64,000 bases of DNA from IMG/VR virus record IMGVR_UViG_3300028025_000091, positions 96,001 to 160,000 of that record; one strand, written 5' to 3'. A model generated the notes under the pieces. That model saw only the letters and a list, made by a program, of their open reading frames with translations, did not search any database and was not told the DNA's origin. Numbering within the stretch: position 1 is the stretch's first letter; each line of letters starts with the position of its first letter. Source of the stretch: a virus. A program made the translations under genes and the position numbers. This document shows positions 46,502 through 53,500 of the stretch, piece after piece.

Positions 46502-46683
46502 AAACAGCAGTAGAATTTTATAGAGAAGAATTAAATGCTTTGGTTAGCTTTAAAGAATCCAAATATAAAACGGAACAAGAAATTTTTGAACAAGCCAAAG
46601 AAATGGAGAATAAATTTATTGAAGACTATAAGATATATAAAAAGTATTGGGAAATAACAGCTAAATTATCAATTAAAAAATAA
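46498..46683 (+). CDS. Small hypothetical protein (cassette)
   Basis: MKTAVE...EQAKEME motifs. Confidence 0.6.
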   Translation: MKTAVEFYREELNALVSFKESKYKTEQEIFEQAKEMENKFIEDYKIYKKYWEITAKLSIKK

Positions 46684-46694
46684 AACAAAATAAA

Positions 46695-47216
46695 ATGGAA
46701 ACAAGAAAAAGCAAAGTAACAATTAAGGATGCAGTACATAATGATTATTACTGCCCCATCCCATTAGATGTATTTCCTAATTATATGGGAATAAATTTAG
46801 TAAGTGTTGACTCAGTAGAATGGGTCAAACAAGAAGACGGACAGTTAGTCACATTAACAGTGAACTTTATTCCAAACAATGACGGAACAATTGAAGAAAT
46901 TGCTGAAGAATTTTATTCTGAACAATCAAAAGCTTACGAAGATGCAACAGAACCTATGTTTGATAATTCAAGATATTTAGTTGCAGGTTTTATTGATGGA
47001 GCTAAATGGCAACAAGAACAAGCCAAACAAATGGAGAAAGAGCATCGAGAAACCCATAAGTACACTGAATTTGATATAATTAATGCATTTGAATATGGGT
47101 GGAATCAATATGGGTGGAATAAACAACAATATGGTATAATGGATGAAGATAAGATACATCGAATACAAAAAAGGCTTATACAATCCCTCAATGAAACTAA
47201 ACAACAAGAACAATGA
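46695..47216 (+). CDS. Mosaic hypothetical protein (cassette)
   Basis: Contains GAKWQQEQ, QAKQMEKE modules; ends KQQEQ. Confidence 0.6.
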   Translation: METRKSKVTIKDAVHNDYYCPIPLDVFPNYMGINLVSVDSVEWVKQEDGQLVTLTVNFIPNNDGTIEEIAEEFYSEQSKAYEDATEPMFDNSRYLVAGFIDGAKWQQEQAKQMEKEHRETHKYTEFDIINAFEYGWNQYGWNKQQYGIMDEDKIHRIQKRLIQSLNETKQQEQ

Positions 47217-47560
47217 AAACAACAGTAGAATACAAATACCCAGTAGGTGATTTTTTAAGCGGATTTTCTGAGGATAAAAATAATCCATGTGACTATGAAT
47301 TAGAATGCCAAAGAATGGTAATTAGAGGTGTAGAATATTTTGACCAACACCCAGAACTATTTGATTTAATAACAACTACAAATGTGAAGACTTCTGATGA
47401 TGTTATGAAACCTATGATTGAGTATATGTGTTTAAATGAGGAAAACCCAGAAGAATCAGAAGGTCAAACAGGTGCAATGGTAGCACATACAGTTAAAGTA
47501 GCTTATCATGCTAAAAAAATGGGTTGGGAAACATATATTCAAAAGATAACAGAAAAATAA
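47213..47560 (+). CDS. Hypothetical protein (cassette)
   Basis: 115 aa between junction repeats. Confidence 0.6.
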   Translation: MKTTVEYKYPVGDFLSGFSEDKNNPCDYELECQRMVIRGVEYFDQHPELFDLITTTNVKTSDDVMKPMIEYMCLNEENPEESEGQTGAMVAHTVKVAYHAKKMGWETYIQKITEK

Positions 47561-47572
47561 ACAACAAGAACA

Positions 47573-47944
47573 ATGAGTAAAGGAACATTCAAGGTTATTC
47601 CAATAGAAATATATTGCACAGAACTAGTAGTATCAATTGGACAGACAGATGACGAAATCTTTGATGAGTGTAAGAAACGTTGGGAATGGGATAAATATGA
47701 AAGTGTAGTAATTTCATCAGTATCAAGCCAGAGCCTAGCCAATTTCTCCAGCAACTCAAAGATGTTTATGATCCGGTTTAAGGAAAAGGAACCTAAGGAT
47801 GGATTGATTGCACATGAAGCATTCCATGCCGCCTTTAGGATACTTAATTCGATTGGACTCAATCCAAGCTATGAAACCGAAGAAGCCTATGCTTACTTGT
47901 TAGATTACATCGTTAATAAAATAAAAGAAAAAACAAATAAATAA
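47573..47944 (+). CDS. HExxH metallopeptidase-like protein (cassette)
   Basis: IAHEAFHAA...EEAYAYL; ends KEKTNK. Confidence 0.6.
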   Translation: MSKGTFKVIPIEIYCTELVVSIGQTDDEIFDECKKRWEWDKYESVVISSVSSQSLANFSSNSKMFMIRFKEKEPKDGLIAHEAFHAAFRILNSIGLNPSYETEEAYAYLLDYIVNKIKEKTNK

Positions 47945-47949
47945 CACAT

Positions 47950-48195
47950 ATGAACCAACAACCAAAAATGAACATTGACTTCAAAAACACTACATCAGTA
48001 GAAGGTTTTGATGGAGGTAAATTATTCGGACAAGCAGTATTGATCCGTAAAATCTCAAAATTCTTAGTAGGAGCAGATGAAGATGCTTTAATTCCAATCC
48101 CAGTATTTTATTGCTTGGAATCGAAAAAAATCCTAGTAGATTCACTCCCACCAGAATTGAGAGAAGAATATAAAGATATTACTTTAGATGTCTAA
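47950..48195 (+). CDS. Hypothetical protein
   Basis: RKISKFLVG..EDALIPIPVFYC. Confidence 0.6.
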   Translation: MNQQPKMNIDFKNTTSVEGFDGGKLFGQAVLIRKISKFLVGADEDALIPIPVFYCLESKKILVDSLPPELREEYKDITLDV

Positions 48196-48619
48196 GAAAC
48201 AGATAAAAGATATTTGGGGGTGGTTGAATGAAATCACCCTTTATAAAACACCTGTAGAAAACATTTCCGAGGAATCATGGGATAAATGGAACTCTTACAT
48301 GATACATCGATATGTATCTATGAATATAAATTATGTTGAGCTAGCTAATTATGTTCAAACTCTGCCTTACGAGAACAAGCAACAAACATATATAATTTAT
48401 AGAGAGATGATTCCAAAAACTAAAGTATTCTTGAAGTACATCAAGTCAAGAAACAAAAAACAGCCTGCAACGTTAGTAGAGTACGTAGCAAAACATTTTG
48501 AATGCAGCCTAGGTGAAGCTGAAGAGTATATTGATATTTTAAGAGAAGCAGGCACACGAAGTGTCCTCTATAGAATGGGAATTGAAGATAAAGAAATAGA
48601 AAAGTTATTAAAAAAATGA
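48188..48619 (+). CDS. Clamp loader small subunit (gp62-like)
   Basis: YMIHRYVSM, FLKYIK, VAKHFECS..EAEEY; near the gp44-like gene. Confidence 0.65.
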   Translation: MSKKQIKDIWGWLNEITLYKTPVENISEESWDKWNSYMIHRYVSMNINYVELANYVQTLPYENKQQTYIIYREMIPKTKVFLKYIKSRNKKQPATLVEYVAKHFECSLGEAEEYIDILREAGTRSVLYRMGIEDKEIEKLLKK

Positions 48620-48879
48620 CAGACAATACAGACGTTGGAAGACATAGAGTAGAATCGTTTTATACAAGAACTGTTAAAAAAACAGATTCGGTTGTAGATT
48701 CAATCATCGATAAATTTATTGAGAGAGCAACAGTAGGTAAAGCCAAATACGGAACAGACCTAGACCGCAATGACCTATCTTTAGAAGACTGGCTAGAACA
48801 TAGTATCCAAGAAAAAATGGATGATATTTTGTATATGCAAAAGACCCTAAAAGTAGTGCGCGAAACAAAAAACTCATAA
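48616..48879 (+). CDS. Small helical phage protein (possible NTP-pyrophosphatase-like fold)
   Basis: GKAKYGTDLDRNDL...WLEH..QE.MD.ILY. Confidence 0.5.
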   Translation: MTDNTDVGRHRVESFYTRTVKKTDSVVDSIIDKFIERATVGKAKYGTDLDRNDLSLEDWLEHSIQEKMDDILYMQKTLKVVRETKNS

Positions 48880-48901
48880 TATTTATTATAAAATACATAA
48901 A

Positions 48902-49414
48902 ATGGATAAAGAAACCTTACGTATGCAAATGTTGGCTGGTGTAATCACAGAAAGTGAATATGTAGCTATTATCAATAAAGAAATCGAAGAAGAAGATAAA
49001 TCATCTTTAAATGAATCTATGATCGGAGGGATTGTAGGAGTTGGAGCAATTAACCAAATCCCACCTCGTGAAAAAACAGATTATGAATTAGCATTTGAAC
49101 ACTTTTTAGGTGAGCGTTACCAAATCAAACCAAACCGAGAAAGAGACGACATCAAAGACATCAACGAGGAAGATAAAGTTGAAGAAGGTAAAGAAGGAAA
49201 AATGTATTTTCATGTATTAGAAGATGGTGGGTATGGTGAAATAGGATGGAAAGGTGTTTATAACACTGAAGAAGAAGCTCAAAATAGAGCTGATTCATTA
49301 TCTGATATGTTCTCTGATTCATCATTTTATGTTGAAGCTTCAGATAGTGAAGATGAGCCATATAATGTTACTATGGAAGAAGGTAAAGAAGTTGAAGAAC
49401 CATACAACTACTAA
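48902..49414 (+). CDS. Acidic putative internal head protein
   Basis: N-terminal LRMQMLAGVITE; AATATTTAT motif at 48878 upstream. Confidence 0.5.
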   Translation: MDKETLRMQMLAGVITESEYVAIINKEIEEEDKSSLNESMIGGIVGVGAINQIPPREKTDYELAFEHFLGERYQIKPNRERDDIKDINEEDKVEEGKEGKMYFHVLEDGGYGEIGWKGVYNTEEEAQNRADSLSDMFSDSSFYVEASDSEDEPYNVTMEEGKEVEEPYNY

Positions 49415-49415
49415 T

Positions 49416-49652
49416 ATGAACCCAAAAGACACAATTATAGTAGATGTTCCTCTATTCATTCGCTTGCTAGAATATGCTCGTGAAGATGCTAAAACAGATA
49501 TGGACCTACATAACGTAGCAGAAAATATTATCGACTTAAGCGAAGAAGGACAAGTTCTATCAATGGATGACTACAATGCAATTGTAGGAACTACCGAAGA
49601 AGAAATTGCTGAGATTCGAATGATGCAAGTTAGAGCAGGAATCATTAAATAA
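49416..49652 (+). CDS. Hypothetical protein with C-terminal MMQVRAGI tag
   Basis: Likely start ATG 49416; VDVPLFIRLLEYARED. Confidence 0.6.
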   Translation: MNPKDTIIVDVPLFIRLLEYAREDAKTDMDLHNVAENIIDLSEEGQVLSMDDYNAIVGTTEEEIAEIRMMQVRAGIIK

Positions 49653-49661
49653 TATTTAGGA

Positions 49662-49720
49662 CCGTTACACAAACTGTAACGGCGAAACCCCCAACGTCGC
49701 TATCGTGGGGGTTTCTTTTT
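49662..49720 (+). ncRNA. Candidate small structured RNA / double-hairpin terminator
   Basis: CCGTTACA-CAAAC-TGTAACGG, then GAAACCCCCA-N12-TGGGGGTTTC + TTTTT. Confidence 0.4.
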
Positions 49721-49721
49721 C

Positions 49722-49752
49722 CTTGGATAAGCAAAAAATTTTTTGTACATTT
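49722..49752 (+). promoter_or_regulatory. Class-1 promoter
   Basis: CTTGG at 49722, TACATT at 49746. Confidence 0.65.
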
Positions 49753-49757
49753 AGGTA

Positions 49758-50693
49758 ATGAAAAAGAAGTTACCTGCTTTACTAAAAGAAATTAAGAGCA
49801 AACAATTGCCTCAAATAGATTATGCAACCCAAAAATCGGTTTCATATTCCCAAATGTCCATGTTCAATGAGTGTCCTAAAAAATGGTCACTCCAATACAA
49901 AGAAGGACATAAACAATTCACTTCATCTATTCATACTGTTTTTGGAACGGCACTTCACGAAGTACTTCAAGCATACTTGACTGTAATGTATGAAAAAAGC
50001 GGAGCCGAAGCAGACCGTTTAAACATGTATGAAATGTTTGAAGATGCTTTACGTGAAGAATATAAAAAACAATACAAAGCAAACAACAACCTACACTTTT
50101 CAGCTCCAGACGAGCTTAGGGAATTTTTTGAGGATGGGATCGCTATTATAAGGGAATTTGCTAAAGACAAAAGTAAATATTTTTCTAAACGCGGTTGGCA
50201 TTTAGTGGGATGTGAGCTACCTTTGGTTCTGACCCCATCTTCAAAATTACCTAACGTTATGTTTCAAGGTTTTCTTGATTTAGTAATGTATCATGAACCA
50301 ACCAACAGAATTAAGATCATAGATATCAAAACAAGTAGACAAGGTTGGAGCAAAAAAGAAAAATCGGACGAAAACAAACAATTCCAACTTATCCTATACA
50401 AAAAATACTTTGCTGAAACATATAACATCCCAGTAGAGAATATAGAGATTGAGTTTATGATTGTAAAACGTAAGATATTTGAAAGCGAAAACTTTGTAAT
50501 CAAACGCGTACAATTATACAAACCTGCATCAGGTAAAGTAAAATTAAACAAAGTATCAAAATCTATTGAAGCCTTTGTAGAACAAGCATTTGATCAAAAC
50601 GGATACAAAGATGTTGAACATCAACCAACACCTCATAAAAATTGTAATTGGTGTCCATTTCATAAAACCCATTTATGTTCTGCGACTTTTTAA
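49758..50693 (+). CDS. PD-(D/E)XK nuclease, Cas4/RecB-like with Fe-S cysteines
   Basis: SYSQ...CP, FGTALHE, GFLDLV, IIDIKT, QLILY, CNWCPF....C. Confidence 0.85.
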   Translation: MKKKLPALLKEIKSKQLPQIDYATQKSVSYSQMSMFNECPKKWSLQYKEGHKQFTSSIHTVFGTALHEVLQAYLTVMYEKSGAEADRLNMYEMFEDALREEYKKQYKANNNLHFSAPDELREFFEDGIAIIREFAKDKSKYFSKRGWHLVGCELPLVLTPSSKLPNVMFQGFLDLVMYHEPTNRIKIIDIKTSRQGWSKKEKSDENKQFQLILYKKYFAETYNIPVENIEIEFMIVKRKIFESENFVIKRVQLYKPASGKVKLNKVSKSIEAFVEQAFDQNGYKDVEHQPTPHKNCNWCPFHKTHLCSATF

Positions 50694-50737
50694 GATCTCT
50701 TATATATGTATATTATATAAATAAATAAAAATATACC

Positions 50738-50935
50738 ATGAGTGAAAAAAACCAACAATTAACATCTGTCAAATTAGACAAAGATCTATTTGAACAGTTT
50801 AAAGTTGAATGTATCAAAAGAAAATTCAGCTTTCAAAAACTATCCGAACGAGCAGTTCACCTTTATTTAACGGATGACAGCTTTAGAAAACAAGTTCATA
50901 ACCACAGTGATTTAAGTTTGGAAACCGAAGATTAA
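50738..50935 (+). CDS. Small ribbon-helix-helix-like DNA-binding protein
   Basis: LTSVKLDKDLFEQFK...SFQKLSERAVHLY. Confidence 0.55.
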   Translation: MSEKNQQLTSVKLDKDLFEQFKVECIKRKFSFQKLSERAVHLYLTDDSFRKQVHNHSDLSLETED

Positions 50936-50947
50936 TTTCTTACATTT
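50917..50947 (+). promoter_or_regulatory. Class-1 promoter
   Basis: TTTGG at 50917, TACATT at 50941. Confidence 0.65.
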
Positions 50948-50968
50948 ATTAAAAATTAAAATAGTTAT

Positions 50969-52408
50969 ATGAATTCAAGTTTTAAACATTTGCCGCAAAA
51001 CGAGCGGAAAAAAATCTTACTAATTTGTGATGATATTCGAGTACACTCAGGTGTAGCTACAATCGCACGTGAATTAGTTCTCAACACAGCTCAACATTTT
51101 AATTGGGTAAACATTGCAGGAGCCATAAACCACCCAGAAAAAGGTAAACGTTTTGATCTATCAACAGATACAAACACAAATACAGGTTTAACAGATGCAT
51201 CTGTATTTTTATACCCTGTAGATGGATATGGTGACGCTGATTTTATCAGACATATGATTAAAATGGAAAAACCAGATGCAATCATGTTGATTACCGATCC
51301 AAGGTATTTTGAATGGTTGTTTATGATTGAGAATGAAGTTAGAAAAACAACTCCAATTATTTACTTGAACATTTGGGATGATTACCCAGCTCCATTATAC
51401 AATAAAGCATTTTATGAGTCATGTGATGCATTATTAGCAATCTCAAAACAAACAAAATTGATCAATGAATTAGTTTTGGATGAAAAACGAGGTAAAAAAG
51501 TTGTTGAATATGTTCCCCATGGTTTGAATCATGAAATTTATTATCCAATTGAAAAAGATGATGAATTAAAAGAATTAGAGCAATTCAAATCTGTTGTATT
51601 TGGTGGTAAAGAAAAAGATTTTGTTGTATTTTTCAATTCAAGAAATATCCGACGTAAACAAATCCCGGATACAATGCTTGCCTTTAGAATTTTCTTAGAT
51701 ACTTTACCTAAAGAAAAAGCAGAAAAATGTGCCATGATTATGCACACAGAAATTATTTCAGACCATGGAACTGATTTAGAAGCAGTACGTAAAGTATTAT
51801 TCCCTGATTATCCTGAAGCAATTTATTTCTCCCAAAACAAATTAGACAATAAACAATTAAACCAATTGTACAACATTGCCGATGCCCAAATCTTATTAAC
51901 ATCAAACGAAGGTTGGGGTCTATCATTAACAGAAGCAATTTTGGCTGGAACAGTTATTATTGGTAACGTAACAGGTGGTATGCAAGATCAAATGGGATTT
52001 GAAGATGAATATGGAAATTGGTACACACCATCACCAGATATCCCTTCAAACCATACAGGACGCTATAAAAACCATGGTGCCTGGGCATTTCCCGTTTACC
52101 CAACTAATCGATCACTTCAAGGTTCTCCTAAAACACCTTATATTTGGGATGATAGATGCAATGCTGAAGATGCAGCTGTACAAATTGGAAACGTTTATGC
52201 TTTAGATAGAACAATGAGAAAAGATCTTGGTAAAACAGGACGTCATTGGGCAATAAATGAATCAGGATTCACTGCTGAAGCTATGGGAGAAAGAACAATT
52301 AACGCGATAGATCAATTATTTAATACGTGGACTCCACGAGAAAAATATGAGTTAATCAACGTTAATGACGTTAAAGAAGACACAATCGATCACAAATTTG
52401 TATATTAA
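50969..52408 (+). CDS. GT-B (GT4-like) glycosyltransferase
   Basis: HSGVAT, VPHG, RNIRRK, EGWGLSLTEA. Confidence 0.85.
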   Translation: MNSSFKHLPQNERKKILLICDDIRVHSGVATIARELVLNTAQHFNWVNIAGAINHPEKGKRFDLSTDTNTNTGLTDASVFLYPVDGYGDADFIRHMIKMEKPDAIMLITDPRYFEWLFMIENEVRKTTPIIYLNIWDDYPAPLYNKAFYESCDALLAISKQTKLINELVLDEKRGKKVVEYVPHGLNHEIYYPIEKDDELKELEQFKSVVFGGKEKDFVVFFNSRNIRRKQIPDTMLAFRIFLDTLPKEKAEKCAMIMHTEIISDHGTDLEAVRKVLFPDYPEAIYFSQNKLDNKQLNQLYNIADAQILLTSNEGWGLSLTEAILAGTVIIGNVTGGMQDQMGFEDEYGNWYTPSPDIPSNHTGRYKNHGAWAFPVYPTNRSLQGSPKTPYIWDDRCNAEDAAVQIGNVYALDRTMRKDLGKTGRHWAINESGFTAEAMGERTINAIDQLFNTWTPREKYELINVNDVKEDTIDHKFVY

Positions 52409-52411
52409 AAT

Positions 52412-52975
52412 ATGGAAAGTCAAGAATTTAAACGAATGCAAGAATTAGCCGGTATAATTGTTGAAGAAAAACAAACATATGATTTTGGTTGTGCCATGTT
52501 GTATTTCGATTTCCCACAAATGAATAAAATTCATGATGCAATTGATCCTAAAGATGTTTATACTCAAGAAGGAGACAGGTCATTTGGGTTTGAAGATGAA
52601 CCACATTGTACTTTACTTTATGGTTTACATGATGGAGTATCAACTGATGATGTTAGAAGTGTATTAGATAAATATACTTACTCAACTTTAAAAGCACATA
52701 ATGCTTCATTATTTGAAAATCCTGAATATGATGTTTTAAAATTTGATATTGAAGGAGATAATTTACATGAAACTAATAAATCCCTTCAACAATACCCCTT
52801 CACATCAAACTTCCCAGACTATCATCCCCACATGACAGTCGCCTACTTAAAACCAGGTACTGGGGGAAAATATGTAAAAATGCTTAAAGGGCAAGAATTT
52901 GATTTACTTCCTCAATATGCAGTATATTCAAAACCCGAGGGAGATCAAGATAAAATTAACATAAATATAGATTAA
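52412..52975 (+). CDS. 2H phosphoesterase (T4 57B/Acb1-like) with N-terminal RMQELAGI tag
   Basis: PHCTLLYG and YHPHMTVAY (two HxT motifs). Confidence 0.75.
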   Translation: MESQEFKRMQELAGIIVEEKQTYDFGCAMLYFDFPQMNKIHDAIDPKDVYTQEGDRSFGFEDEPHCTLLYGLHDGVSTDDVRSVLDKYTYSTLKAHNASLFENPEYDVLKFDIEGDNLHETNKSLQQYPFTSNFPDYHPHMTVAYLKPGTGGKYVKMLKGQEFDLLPQYAVYSKPEGDQDKININID

Positions 52976-52984
52976 AAAACAACC

Positions 52985-53470
52985 ATGAAAACAAAAATCA
53001 TTTCAGCATTTCCAGGCACAGGAAAAAGTGTTTATCATCAAAAACATAAAGAAACTACATTAGATAGTGATTCATCTAACTTCAGTTGGATAATTGATGA
53101 AAATGGAAACAAATCAAGAAATCCAGAGTTTCCAAAAAACTATATTGAGCATATAAAGGAAAATATAGGTAAGTATGAATTTATATTTGTTTCATCACAT
53201 AAAGAAGTTCGTGATGCTCTTTTAAATGAATGTATTTTCTTTTACTTAGTTTACCCCGATGATAGAAGAAAAGATGAATTTATTGAACGATATAAAAACA
53301 GAGGCAATGATGAAAATTTCATAAAACTTGTTTCAGACAATTGGGATAATTGGATGAAAGAATTATGGTTTCTTCCCGATGGTTGTCAACATATTAATAT
53401 GGTTTTACCTAATCTTGAAGATGAGTTAGATCATTTAGAAAGAGTTGAATATAGGGAAGTTTTAAATTAA
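52985..53470 (+). CDS. P-loop NTPase / nucleotide-kinase-like protein
   Basis: AFPGTGKS Walker A; DSDSS. Confidence 0.6.
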   Translation: MKTKIISAFPGTGKSVYHQKHKETTLDSDSSNFSWIIDENGNKSRNPEFPKNYIEHIKENIGKYEFIFVSSHKEVRDALLNECIFFYLVYPDDRRKDEFIERYKNRGNDENFIKLVSDNWDNWMKELWFLPDGCQHINMVLPNLEDELDHLERVEYREVLN

Positions 53471-53500
53471 ATTATATATTAAAAACAAAAATAAAGTTAT

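Larger units (their letters stand above)
45943..47576 (+). repeat. Junction repeat array 2: five copies of AAAmAACAAGAAyAATGA
   Basis: Copies at 45943, 46143, 46484, 47199, 47559; internal core CAACAAGAACAA at 47010. Confidence 0.9.
45922..47944 (+). mobile_element. Cassette island flanked by perfect 22-bp direct repeat AAAAGAAAAAACAAATAAATAA
   Basis: Repeat at 45922-45943 and 47923-47944; six small genes between. Confidence 0.65.

Noticed and set aside
45943-47576. Junction repeats as a CRISPR array
   Set aside because: Intervals are 200-700 bp complete ORFs of variable length, repeat is non-palindromic, no cas operon
49758-50693. Cas4-like nuclease as evidence of CRISPR-Cas
   Set aside because: Stand-alone Cas4/RecB-like nucleases are common in phage replication regions; no cas1/cas2 or array
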